Shown here piece after piece: positions 1 through 11,398 of a stretch of 64,000 bases of DNA; the first letter of the stretch is position 1; each line of letters begins with the position of its first letter. Source of the stretch: Candidatus Zixiibacteriota bacterium. GTDB taxonomy: Bacteria; RBG-13-66-14; B26-G2; WVWN01. The position numbers and the translations under genes are program-made. The notes under the pieces are model-generated. The model was not told where the DNA came from. It was given only the letters and a program-made list of their open reading frames with translations, and did not search any database. The stretch spans positions 32,001 through 96,000 of the forward strand of contig JASFLY010000008.1 of NCBI GenBank assembly GCA_050117845.1, written 5' to 3'.

Positions 1-1433
1 TCTCCGAGGCCCTGCGGGAAGTGGACCCGGAGCGCGTCCGTGAGCTAATGGAACAGGTCAAACTCGACCAGGCCGAGATGGAGCGCCGCCTCGAGCGCGT
101 CATCGACATCCTGAAGGACGCCCGGCGCGAGGAACTCCTGCGCAACCTGGCCCTCCAGGCCGAGGAGCTGGCGGCCTGCCAGAGCGATATCCTGGAGCGA
201 CTCGAGGACGCGGACACCCCGGCGCGGCAGGAGGACCTGGCGAAAGACGTCCCGGCTTTCGGTGAGGACGTGAAGGAGTCGGCGGCGGCCTTCGACGAGG
301 TCGACCCGGCGTTGGCGGAAGCGTTGCGCGAGCTGGGCGGCGAGTTCGAGGAGGGCAAGGCGCCCCGGGCCGCCCGGAAGGCTTCGCGGGAATTGGCCGA
401 GGGGGATCTGTCTGGCGCGGCCGAGGCCGGCGAAGTCTCCGAGCAGGAGCTTGAGGAACTCGCCGAAGCGCTGCGGGGGATGTCGGATAAATACCGGGAG
501 GGCAAGCGGCAGGCGCTCCTGGCCGAAATGGACAAGGCGGTCGAGCGCGTCCTCGCCGCGTCGCACCGCACCGAGCGGCTCGCCGCCGAGGCGGCTCTGG
601 GGGAGGCGGGCGCGGGTTTTGCGGGGCGCGGCAAAAGCGTGGCCGCCGAAGTGGCGAGCATCGGCGACGCCGCGACGGAAGCGGCCAGCAAGTCCCTCTT
701 CGTCTCGCCGGCGATTGGCGAGGCGCTGGGGGATATAGGCGCCGAGATAGAGGCGGGGGCTCGGAACTACGAACTCGGCAACGTCCGGGCCGCGGCGGAG
801 GCCAGCGCCCGGGCGCTGGCGGGTTTGAACGTCGTCGCCGCGATGCTGTTGGAGGCGCGGGACAACGCGGCCTCGGCCGGGTCGTCGATGGGCCTGGCCG
901 AAATGATAGAGCAGATGAAGGCGATGGCGGAGGGCCAGCGCCAGCTCAACCGCGAGGGCAAGGCGACTATGTCCATGATGCCCGGGATGTCGCCGAGCGA
1001 ACTCGGCGCCGCGCTCGAGCGGCTGGCCGCGGAGCAGGAACGCATCCGCCGGGGGATGGAGGAACTCGAGCGGCGGGGCCGGGGCGGCGAGCGCGCCGGG
1101 GAGATGGGCGGTATGGCCCGGGACATGGAGGAGCTGGAAGGGGAGCTCCGCGCCGGCAATCTGGACGAGCGGATAATCGAGAAACAGGAGAAGCTGTTGG
1201 ATCGGATGTTGTCGTCCACGCGGGCCCTGCGGGTTCAGGGGCGTTCGAGCCGACGGCGGGCCGAGCCGGCGCGGGAATACGCGCCGGCGGTGGTGGCCCC
1301 CCTGCCCGGCCGCCTGACGGCGCCGAGGCCCGAGGCCGAGCCGGCCAGCGGCGCCCCCGCCGAGGGCTACGTGCCGGCCGACCTGCGCGGCCCCCTGGCC
1401 GACTACTACCGCCGGATGGCGGGAAGCGAGTAA
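1..1433 (+). CDS. 5'-truncated long alpha-helical/coiled-coil protein (DUF4175-like C-terminal region)
   Basis: Frame open from the window edge; E/A/Q/M-rich heptads; ends with ..ADYYRRM.., typical of this family's C-terminus. Confidence 0.55.
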   Translation, partial: SEALREVDPERVRELMEQVKLDQAEMERRLERVIDILKDARREELLRNLALQAEELAACQSDILERLEDADTPARQEDLAKDVPAFGEDVKESAAAFDEVDPALAEALRELGGEFEEGKAPRAARKASRELAEGDLSGAAEAGEVSEQELEELAEALRGMSDKYREGKRQALLAEMDKAVERVLAASHRTERLAAEAALGEAGAGFAGRGKSVAAEVASIGDAATEAASKSLFVSPAIGEALGDIGAEIEAGARNYELGNVRAAAEASARALAGLNVVAAMLLEARDNAASAGSSMGLAEMIEQMKAMAEGQRQLNREGKATMSMMPGMSPSELGAALERLAAEQERIRRGMEELERRGRGGERAGEMGGMARDMEELEGELRAGNLDERIIEKQEKLLDRMLSSTRALRVQGRSSRRRAEPAREYAPAVVAPLPGRLTAPRPEAEPASGAPAEGYVPADLRGPLADYYRRMAGSE

Positions 1434-1436
1434 GCG

Positions 1437-2027
1437 ATAAACGGGATCAAAATATTCTCATTTTTAATTGCGGCGGTTCTGGCCGCGGGAACGGCCGCCG
1501 GGGCGTCGCTTCACGACGCCGCGGCGCAGCTCGATGCCGGCGAGACGAAGGCCGCCGTCAAGGAATTGCTGGCGTACGGCCGCGGCGAACCGACCGCGCC
1601 GCTGGCGAACCAGGCGCTCGACTGCGTCCTCCTACTCAATCAGAAAAAAGTGGTCCCGGCGGTCCTGGCGCCGTACGTCGAGACGCTGGCGCTGTTGGCG
1701 GACGGCTACGCGACGACGGCGGACGCGGCCTTCCGCGAAATGACCGTAGACGACGGCCTCCCCTGGGCCATACGGGGCCGGGCGGCCCTCCTCGCCGCCG
1801 ACCTCAACACCTACGGCGACCGGGTGGAGATACTCGAGGCGGCGTGGCGCGACTGTGACGACGACACGGCGCGGCTTCTGGGCGTCGCCCTCGCCGAGGC
1901 CTATAACGACGAAGGCCGGGCCGACGACGCCCGGGCCGTGCGCGACGCGTACGCCCGGCGTTTCCCCGGCGACGCCGGCCTTAAATATTTCGACTACCTG
2001 TCGGAAACGGAAGACGAGGAGAAATGA
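1437..2027 (+). CDS. Secreted TPR-like hypothetical protein; start uncertain (ATA at 1437 versus TTG at 1566)
   Basis: Frame open from 1434; 1437-1505 encodes a signal-peptide-like stretch INGIKIFSFLIAAVLAAGTAAGA; C-terminal TPR-like LAEAYNDEGRADDARA..RRFP. Confidence 0.55.
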   Translation: MNGIKIFSFLIAAVLAAGTAAGASLHDAAAQLDAGETKAAVKELLAYGRGEPTAPLANQALDCVLLLNQKKVVPAVLAPYVETLALLADGYATTADAAFREMTVDDGLPWAIRGRAALLAADLNTYGDRVEILEAAWRDCDDDTARLLGVALAEAYNDEGRADDARAVRDAYARRFPGDAGLKYFDYLSETEDEEK

Positions 2028-2704
2028 ATCGAGTGCGCCGCGACGTTTTCGTAGTAATTGACGCCGGCCCGCTGGCCGAGCTCCTCCTGGCGCGTAAGGG
2101 GAAGGCGCTGCTGCCGACCCTCTCGTACGGCGTGGCCCGCCTCGCGTACAGCCGGGGCATGGCCGACGACGTGCGGCGGCGGTGGGAAGAGCGGGGCCTC
2201 GGCGCCGACGAGGTCGCGCGGCTTTCGGACGTGCTGTGGCGCGAGGGAACCGAGATCCAGCCCGGCGACGAGGTCGAGGCCTACGAGGACCCCGCCCGGG
2301 ACGAGGGCCTGCGGCTTGCCGTCGCGGCCCGGGCCCGGATTTACCTGACCGAGGACGAGAGCCTGCTGGAACTCGGCGAGTGGAAGGGCATAACTATAGT
2401 GGGCGACGCCGACGGCGTGGACCGCGTGCTCCTTTCGCCCGAGGCCACGGCGGTCGTCTTCCGGGCCCGGTCGGAGGGAGAGGCTATCCGCGTCGCGGAC
2501 GCCTTGCGCGAGGCCGACGTAGACGCCCGCGTCATATCGCAACAGGTCCCCTGGTACGACGGCGTCCTGGTCATGGGCCAGGGTTACTGGGGCGAAATTA
2601 TGGTATTCGAGAAGGACCGCGCCGAGGCCGAGAGGATAATCGAACGCCTGCTTTCAAAGGCCGGCGGCGGCCCCATCGACGGGCCTATAGGCGACCGCGA
2701 GTAA
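2024..2704 (+). CDS. PIN-domain (degenerate) fused to a DUF2007-like domain
   Basis: VVIDAG..., DPARDEGLRLAVAARA..LTEDESLLEL..KGITIV (PIN-like); C-terminal EAIRVADALREADVDA..GEIMVFEKDRAEAERII (DUF2007-like). Confidence 0.6.
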   Translation: MNRVRRDVFVVIDAGPLAELLLARKGKALLPTLSYGVARLAYSRGMADDVRRRWEERGLGADEVARLSDVLWREGTEIQPGDEVEAYEDPARDEGLRLAVAARARIYLTEDESLLELGEWKGITIVGDADGVDRVLLSPEATAVVFRARSEGEAIRVADALREADVDARVISQQVPWYDGVLVMGQGYWGEIMVFEKDRAEAERIIERLLSKAGGGPIDGPIGDRE

Positions 2705-2725
2705 CGCGGCCGCTGCGAATTCCCA

Positions 2726-3478
2726 ATGGACGAAACCGTAGTATTGATCCAAGCCCGCATGGGCTCGACGCGCTTGCCCGGCAAGGTGCTGTTGCCCCTC
2801 GGCGGCGCGCCGGTCCTGGCGCATGTCGTGGAGAGGTGCGGCACGGCCCCGGGCGTCGGCGCCGTCGTCGTCGCGACGACGGACGAACCGGAGGACGACG
2901 CCCTGGCGGCCTGCGCGGCCGACCTCGGCGCCGGCGTCTTTCGGGGTTCGAGCGCCGACGTGCTGGGCCGTTTCGCCGGCGCGGCCGCGGCCTTCCCCGC
3001 CGCGCATTATATCCGCATCACCGCGGACTGTCCGCTGGCCGACCCGGCGGTCGTCGGCGCCGTCCTCGCCGCCCATATGGACGGGGGGCGGGATTATTCC
3101 TATAATGACGTACCCGTCGGTTTCCCCCGCGGCTACGACGTGGAGGTCGTGCGGGGCGCTACCTTATTATGGCTCGCGGAGAACTGCCGCGACGCCGCGT
3201 CGCGCGAACACGTTACGCCCTATCTCCGGGACCACGCGGCCGACTTCAACGTCGAGAAGGTTATGGGGCCGCCGAGCGCGGACTTTTCCGGTTACCGGCT
3301 GGTCCTCGACGAGGAGGCCGATTACGAGCTGCTTAAGATTATCTACGAAAGATTGGGGGATAAAGGCCCGTTCGGCCTGAACGACGTCCTGGCCCTACTC
3401 GCCGCCGAGCCGGCGCTGGCCGAGATAAACCGCGACGTGCGGCAGAAGGACAGGCCGCCGACGCCCGGGGTCGGGTAA
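2726..3478 (+). CDS. SpsF-like cytidylyltransferase-family protein
   Basis: IQARMGSTRLPGKVL, FRGS..DVLGRF, IRITADCPL, REHVTPY motifs. Confidence 0.88.
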   Translation: MDETVVLIQARMGSTRLPGKVLLPLGGAPVLAHVVERCGTAPGVGAVVVATTDEPEDDALAACAADLGAGVFRGSSADVLGRFAGAAAAFPAAHYIRITADCPLADPAVVGAVLAAHMDGGRDYSYNDVPVGFPRGYDVEVVRGATLLWLAENCRDAASREHVTPYLRDHAADFNVEKVMGPPSADFSGYRLVLDEEADYELLKIIYERLGDKGPFGLNDVLALLAAEPALAEINRDVRQKDRPPTPGVG

Positions 3479-3534
3479 AACAAAAACGGTTCACGGATTG
3501 TATTGATAAGAAACGAGCGCCCTCGCGGGCGCTT

Positions 3535-4044
3535 TTATTCTTCTGTGGAGCCGCTGGGCCGGGCCGTAACGACGATGGGGATCTCGCGGCCGTCCCGGGC
3601 GAGTGTTTCCGGGCGTTCCGGCCCGAAGCCGTTTCGGGCGAACACGGCTCGCGAGGCCTGGTTATCCTCTCTTATCCGCGCGACTATCCGGCGGAAGCCG
3701 AGTTCGCGGCTGGCGTAATCGCAGGCCGTCGCCAGCAAACGTCGGCCCACTCCACGGCCGCGCCCTTCCGGGGCGACGATGATGTGGACCTCGGCCTCGC
3801 CCGGCGTCAGCTCGTCGAAGCGCACGACGCCCACCGGCCGGTCGCCCTCGTATCCGAGGAGGATATGACGGCCCTGCCGGCCCAGGGAATCACGAAACCA
3901 GGCGGCGTGCTCTTCCTCGGAGATTTCCTCCGGGCTGAAGGAGGCCGCCCTCGTGGCCGGGTCGTTCCGCCATTCGAGGAGCAAGCGCACGTCGTGGCCG
4001 TCGTCGCGGACCGGCCGCAGCGTAATGGCGGGGCCAGCGGTCAT
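3535..4044 (-). CDS. GNAT N-acetyltransferase, PseH-like
   Basis: LLEWRNDP..RAASF..ISEEEH..WF, GVVRFD, RGRGVG, N.ASR..F...GF; adjacent to a NeuB-family gene. Confidence 0.8.
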   Translation of the reverse strand: MTAGPAITLRPVRDDGHDVRLLLEWRNDPATRAASFSPEEISEEEHAAWFRDSLGRQGRHILLGYEGDRPVGVVRFDELTPGEAEVHIIVAPEGRGRGVGRRLLATACDYASRELGFRRIVARIREDNQASRAVFARNGFGPERPETLARDGREIPIVVTARPSGSTEE

Positions 4045-5132
4045 CAGTCGAAGTCCCCTTCAAGAATGCCGTCGCCGGCCGGGATGTCCCGCGTCGCGCG
4101 GCGGCCCTCGACCCGGCCTATCTCGAAGGGGTTCATCCCCGGCGGGTTCTTCCCGGGACGGAGGATGTCGACGTTTTCGCCCTCGCGCAATACGTCGCCG
4201 GCGGCGACGCGGCGGATGGCCTGGATGCCCCGCACGCCGTAGTGGCGAAGCTCCTCCTCGGCCTCCTGGGTTTTCTTCTCGCCGGTCCCGCGCATCTTCT
4301 CCACTTCCCGGATAATGCGAACCATGGCGGCCAGCTCGTCCGGCTCGACGGCGTATGCGTGGTCGGGGCCGGGGAGGTTGCGGTCGAGGGTGAAGTGCTT
4401 CTCGACGACGCGGGCGCCGAGGGCGACGGCCGCGGCCGGCGCGGCCAGGGGGTCGCGGGAATGGTCGGACAGGCCGGCCTGAACGCCGAACATCTCGGCC
4501 AGCCGCGGGATGGCGCGCACGTTCACGGCCTCGGGCGGCGCGGGGTAGGCGGCGGTGCATTGCAGCAGCGCGATGGGCGCGTCGGACGACGCCCGCACGA
4601 GATCGACGGCCCGCTGGATGTCGGCGTATGTGGCGGCGCCGGTCGACATAATGAGGGGTTTGCCGGTCGTCGCCAGGAACTCGAGAAGGCGGAGGTGGTT
4701 GAGTTCGTACGAGGCGGTCTTGTGGACGCGGACGTACGGATCGACCGCCCGGGCGTCGGCCACCGAGAAGGCGGTGGCCATGAACTCCAGGCCCCGCTCG
4801 GCGGCGCGGGAAGATAGGCCCGCAAGCATCTCGTACGGTATCTCGAGGCCGCCGATGATGTCGAGTATGTCCTCTTTGATGCCGGCCTCGGAGAGGTAAT
4901 CGCTCGTTCCCGCCCCGGGGGCATATATGGTCTCGGCCCGGAACACCTGAAACTTGACGGCGTCGCAGCCCGCCCCGGCCGCGACGTCTATGAGCTCGTA
5001 GGCGCGCTCTTCGTCGCCGCCGAGGTTGCCGGCCCGCCAGTTCGACCCGGCCTCCCCGATTATGAAAACCGGCCGGTCCGGCCCGAAGGGGGCCGCGGCG
5101 TCCGGCCGGGCGTCGTTATTCCGTTGGTCCAT
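4044..5132 (-). CDS. N-acetylneuraminate/pseudaminate synthase family (NeuB/PseI) with C-terminal SAF domain
   Basis: FIIGEAGSN, DAVKFQ, KPLIMSTG, LLQCTAAYP, GLSDHS, VEKHFTLDR..GPDH. Confidence 0.92.
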   Translation of the reverse strand: MDQRNNDARPDAAAPFGPDRPVFIIGEAGSNWRAGNLGGDEERAYELIDVAAGAGCDAVKFQVFRAETIYAPGAGTSDYLSEAGIKEDILDIIGGLEIPYEMLAGLSSRAAERGLEFMATAFSVADARAVDPYVRVHKTASYELNHLRLLEFLATTGKPLIMSTGAATYADIQRAVDLVRASSDAPIALLQCTAAYPAPPEAVNVRAIPRLAEMFGVQAGLSDHSRDPLAAPAAAVALGARVVEKHFTLDRNLPGPDHAYAVEPDELAAMVRIIREVEKMRGTGEKKTQEAEEELRHYGVRGIQAIRRVAAGDVLREGENVDILRPGKNPPGMNPFEIGRVEGRRATRDIPAGDGILEGDFD

Positions 5133-5136
5133 TTCC

Positions 5137-5913
5137 TTATTTGATGCCGAAATCCTTGAGGCCCGTCGCGATGCCGACGAGGTCGAGTTTTTCCGGCTCC
5201 TCGGTGATGGCGGTCATGGCGCCGGAGTCGCCGTAATCCACGAGTTCCAGCGTTCCCTTCTCGTGCTCGGAGTACGCGATGCCGAAGACGGGGACGTCCT
5301 CACAGGCGTACGCGTAGCCGACCTCGCGGCCTCCCTTTTTGAGGATCAGCTTCTCGCAGGCGATTTTTTTGCCGCTCAACGTGTCGTACTTGACCGCGCC
5401 GGCCTCCACGGCGTCCACGTCCGAGCCGCCGCCGAAGACCTCGTTCAGGTCCGGCCCCTGGCCGACGAGTTCGAGCGCCTCCTGCAAAAGCTGCAACTCC
5501 TGGAGCGGGAGTTCGACCGCCCGGTCCTCCCCGACTTTCACGATGAAGCGTTTCGATTCCTTCGTCAAGTCCTTGCCGCTCTCGAGGAAGGAGACGCGGT
5601 CGAGTTGGGGCACGAGGGCTTTGGAGATGACTTTGCGTTCGTCGCGTTCGGCTACGACCTCGAGCCAGAAGTACGTATCGCCCGAAACGTTCTCGCTCCC
5701 GGTCAACGCGACGAAGACCTCGGACTCCTTGCCGCCCCGACTCATCAGGCGGTACTCGCACCAGCGGCCGACCTCCCACTGTCCCACGGCCTCGGTGAGA
5801 ACTTCCTCGATCGGCGTGGGGGGCGGGAGTTCCTCCCCTTTATCGCAGGAACTGCATCCGGCGTAAATGAAAAGGGACGCCGGGATAACGAGTGCCAATA
5901 AGTAGCGGGTCAT
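5137..5913 (-). CDS. Hypothetical lipoprotein
   Basis: GGAGG RBS before ATG at 5913; lipobox-like YAGC after a hydrophobic N-terminus; the longer ORF-track call is a shadow over the pit gene. Confidence 0.7.
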   Translation of the reverse strand: MTRYLLALVIPASLFIYAGCSSCDKGEELPPPTPIEEVLTEAVGQWEVGRWCEYRLMSRGGKESEVFVALTGSENVSGDTYFWLEVVAERDERKVISKALVPQLDRVSFLESGKDLTKESKRFIVKVGEDRAVELPLQELQLLQEALELVGQGPDLNEVFGGGSDVDAVEAGAVKYDTLSGKKIACEKLILKKGGREVGYAYACEDVPVFGIAYSEHEKGTLELVDYGDSGAMTAITEEPEKLDLVGIATGLKDFGIK

Positions 5914-5930
5914 AATACCTCCCGGATTAT

Positions 5931-6932
5931 TTAACCGACGCCGAACACGTAGTGGCCTATGTAGAAACAGATGGCGCTTATTATCGCCGCCCCGGGGATC
6001 GTTAAAAACCAGGTGATGACTATCTTGCGGGCCAGTGCCCAGCGGACGGCGTTGATGTTGGAGGTCGCGCCCACGCCCATGATGCCGGTCGCGATGACCT
6101 GGGTGGTGCTGATGGGGGCGCCGAGCCAGGAGTTGACGAATATGACCAAGGCCGACGCGGTCTCGGCGCTGAAGCCGTGAACCGGCTGCAGGCGGACCAT
6201 TTGCGTGCCCATGGTTTTGATGATGCGCCACCCGCCGATTTGCGTCCCCAGACCCATGAAAAGCGCCGAGCCCAGTATGACCCAAACCGGAACGGCGAAG
6301 TCGGCCTGGATACCGGCTATCACGAGCGCCGCCGTTATCACGCCCATCGCGTTTTGGGTGTCGTTGGAGCCGTGGGTAAACGCCATGGCCGCGGCCGAGA
6401 ATATCTGCGAGACGCGGAAGAACTTGTGGGCCTTCCGCGGCACCGCCCGGCGTGAGAGCCACATCACCCCCACCATGAAGAGGTACCCCACGACGAAGCC
6501 GGCGATGGGCGAGAGGACCATCGCCAGGACTACTTTTTTTATGCCGCCCCATTGCCAGACGCCGACGCCGTACGAGGCGGCGGCCGCGCCCATAAGGCCG
6601 CCCACCATGGCGTGTGTGATGCTTATCGGTATCCCGAGGTAAGAGCACGCCGCGGACCACGTTATGGCGCCGATGAGGGCGAAGAGGAGGATCCAGAGAT
6701 TGATTTCGGCCGGGTCGACGATGCCCTTGCCGATGGTCTTGGCGACGGCGGTCGTGAGGAACGCGCCCAACGTATTGAAGGCGGCGGCCATGAGGATCGC
6801 CTGCCAGGGCTTGAGGGCGCGAGTCGAGACCGTGGTCGCGATGGCGTTGGCGCAATCGTTTACGCCGTTAACGAAATCGTACGCCCAGGCCAGGACAATT
6901 ATTACGCCGAGGAGGATATAGGTTTCGAGCAT
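5931..6932 (-). CDS. pit: PiT-family inorganic phosphate transporter
   Basis: NGVNDCANAIAT, GIPISITHA, HGSNDTQNAMG, GAPISTTQ signatures; multi-TM. Confidence 0.93.
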   Translation of the reverse strand: MLETYILLGVIIVLAWAYDFVNGVNDCANAIATTVSTRALKPWQAILMAAAFNTLGAFLTTAVAKTIGKGIVDPAEINLWILLFALIGAITWSAACSYLGIPISITHAMVGGLMGAAAASYGVGVWQWGGIKKVVLAMVLSPIAGFVVGYLFMVGVMWLSRRAVPRKAHKFFRVSQIFSAAAMAFTHGSNDTQNAMGVITAALVIAGIQADFAVPVWVILGSALFMGLGTQIGGWRIIKTMGTQMVRLQPVHGFSAETASALVIFVNSWLGAPISTTQVIATGIMGVGATSNINAVRWALARKIVITWFLTIPGAAIISAICFYIGHYVFGVG

Positions 6933-6962
6933 CCGTTTTGGTTATTAATATAAAGGGAAGGG

Positions 6963-7592
6963 TTAGGCGTTTTTTACGATAACGCCGTCGACGATGTTGG
7001 CCACGTCCTCGCAGCGGTCCGTGGCGCCCTCCAGTACCTCGAGAATTTCTTTGTATTTAATTATCGTAACCGGGTCCTTCTCGCTGTTGAGGAGGTTGGC
7101 CAGGGCGTTGCGGCAGAGGTGGTCCGCCTCTTCCTCGATGCGGTTGATTTCGAGGAGGTGGGGTTTGACGTCGGGGAATCGCCGCAGACTTCGGACGGCC
7201 TTCTCCACGTTCTTGGTCGCCTCCAGGATAAGCTCGGCCACGACTATGACTTCGTGGCGGAGGCCGTCCAGTTCGTAGAGGCTGATTTTATGGCCGGCGA
7301 CCTCGATGTAGTCGATTATCTCGTCCAGCGCGCAGGCGAGGGCGTGAATGTCGCCGCGTTCGATAGGCGTCACGAAGGAACGGTTGAGCGTGTCGATTAT
7401 GCCGTGGGTGACGTCGTCGCCGCGGTGCTCAAGCGCCTTTATCTTGCGCGCGGTATGGGCGGCGTTGGGGATGTCCTTCACGAGGTTCGTAAGCTCGGCC
7501 GCGGTCTCGACGGACAGCGACGCGAGTTCGGTGAACATGTCGAAGAACTGCTCCTCGCGCGGCACGATTTTAAAGAGTCTAAAACGCATCAT
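6963..7592 (-). CDS. DUF47 / PhoU-like phosphate transport regulator
   Basis: IKALEHRGD, LNRSFVTPIERGDIHAL, LEGATDRCEDVAN; upstream of pit. Confidence 0.9.
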   Translation of the reverse strand: MMRFRLFKIVPREEQFFDMFTELASLSVETAAELTNLVKDIPNAAHTARKIKALEHRGDDVTHGIIDTLNRSFVTPIERGDIHALACALDEIIDYIEVAGHKISLYELDGLRHEVIVVAELILEATKNVEKAVRSLRRFPDVKPHLLEINRIEEEADHLCRNALANLLNSEKDPVTIIKYKEILEVLEGATDRCEDVANIVDGVIVKNA

Positions 7593-7609
7593 GGGACCCC
7601 GGTAATGGG

Positions 7610-8146
7610 TTAGAGAAGATGGCCGGCTTCCAATTCGCGGTAGAGCTTGCGGAAGCGGTCGCACACGAACTTCCGTTTAAGCCGGGAAAGGTGGTCGATG
7701 AACAGGACGCCGTTGAGGTGGTCGATCTCGTGCTGGAGCGCCCGGGCGGCCATGCCCTCGGCCTCGAATTCCCGTTCCCGGCCCTTGGTGTCCACGTAGC
7801 GGACGACGACCCGCGACGGCCGGGCCAGCGGCGCGGCGACCGACAGGAGGCTCAGGCAACCTTCCTCCTCCGTCTCGGTTTCCTTGGAGCACTCGACTAT
7901 CTCGGGGTTGAGTAGTACGGTGTCGGCGCCTTCGGGCAGGATGGAGGGGTGGATGATGATAATGCGTTTCAGGACGCCGATTTGCGGCGCGGCCAGGCCG
8001 GCGCCGCGGTGGGCGATCATGACCTGGGCCATCGCCTCGACGACGCGGGCTTCGTCGGGGCCGAACGCCTCGACGAGGGCCGATTTCTCACGCAAGACTT
8101 CGTCGTCCAGGTAGCACAGCTTCCGTTTTACTTCTTCTTCATCCAC
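7610..8146 (-). CDS. def: Peptide deformylase
   Basis: GAGLAAPQIG, EGCLS, QHEIDHLNG motifs. Confidence 0.96.
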   Translation of the reverse strand: MDEEEVKRKLCYLDDEVLREKSALVEAFGPDEARVVEAMAQVMIAHRGAGLAAPQIGVLKRIIIIHPSILPEGADTVLLNPEIVECSKETETEEEGCLSLLSVAAPLARPSRVVVRYVDTKGREREFEAEGMAARALQHEIDHLNGVLFIDHLSRLKRKFVCDRFRKLYRELEAGHLL

Positions 8147-8213
8147 CGTTGCCGAAGGATAGCACGCCCCCGCCGGGGGGTCAAGGCGTAACGTTTGGGG
8201 CCGGCGGGACGGT

Positions 8214-9035
8214 TCAGGGGAGGAGTTCCAGCCGGTCGAGGCGGAACTCCCGGCGGCCTTCGCTCTCGTGGCAGTACGCGACCACGTAGCATTTACCGCC
8301 GCGGGCTTTGAATTTGAGGGGTGTTATGGAGCGCTCGGTCTCGCCCCGGCTTCCCCGATAGCGCACCGGCCGGCTCTCCCCGGCGGCGGCCGCCCACTCC
8401 AGCGCGACCACGGCCGCGGCGTCCACGTCCGGCGAGGCCGGCATGCCCCGCGAGAGTAGCGCCAGGTCGCCCACGGTCTCGGCCTCGCGCCGTTCCCGGG
8501 CGGCCTCGAGAAACGTCAGGAGGAACTGGCTCTCCACCGCGACGTCGCCGAGCGAGCGATGGGGCGCGGGGTTGGAGACGGCGAACGCGTCCGCGAGGCG
8601 GCCCAGGCTGTGGCTGCGCTGTTCGGGGTAGAAGTGGCGGGCCAGGCCCAGGAGGTCGACGGTGGCGCTGGGCACCGGCGGCAGACCGAGTTCGGCCGCC
8701 GCGGCCACGACGAACGACATGTCGAAGGGGAGGTTATGGGCGACGAGGACCGCGTCGCCGGCGTAGTCCAGAAAAGCGGGGAAGGCCTCGGCGAGGGGGG
8801 GCTCGCCGTAAAGGTCGCCGTCCGTGAGGCCGTGGACGGCGGTCGCCTCCGCGGGCACCGGGACGCCGGGGTTCACCAGCGTCAGGAAGTGGCCGGTGGG
8901 CCGGCCGCCCCGGAGCGTCAAGGCGCCTATCTCGACGATGCGGGCGCCGCGCGCGGGTTTGAGGCCCGTGGTCTCGAAGTCGAAGACGACGAAGGTCGCC
9001 TCGGCCAGCGGCGTGTCGTACGGCGCGGAGGGCAT
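8214..9035 (-). CDS. DnaQ-like DEDDh 3'-5' exonuclease with C-terminal WYL-like domain
   Basis: VFDFETTG, VAHNLPFD, HRSLGD; C-terminal VRYRGSRGETERSITP..YVVAYCH..RREFRLDRL. Confidence 0.85.
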   Translation of the reverse strand: MPSAPYDTPLAEATFVVFDFETTGLKPARGARIVEIGALTLRGGRPTGHFLTLVNPGVPVPAEATAVHGLTDGDLYGEPPLAEAFPAFLDYAGDAVLVAHNLPFDMSFVVAAAAELGLPPVPSATVDLLGLARHFYPEQRSHSLGRLADAFAVSNPAPHRSLGDVAVESQFLLTFLEAARERREAETVGDLALLSRGMPASPDVDAAAVVALEWAAAAGESRPVRYRGSRGETERSITPLKFKARGGKCYVVAYCHESEGRREFRLDRLELLP

Positions 9036-9074
9036 AAAAAAGGCCCGGCGGAACCGGGCCTGCTCGGGAGTTAT

Positions 9075-11234
<2,160 letters not shown>

Positions 11235-11398
11235 CTACTTTGTCGTATTATTTGCTTCGAGGCGTTTTTATTACGGAATTATAAGATATTTACGGTGAAA
11301 AAGCAATTAAAAAGCCGGCGAAACCCGGCCGAATTGCGCGCCGTAATTTACTGATAATATTATATTAATGGAGACTCGCGTATTCCGCGGGAGGGCGT

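Noticed and set aside
5914..6855. N-terminal part of the 572-aa ORF
   Set aside because: Arg-rich alternative frame of pit; the real gene starts at 5913 with its own RBS
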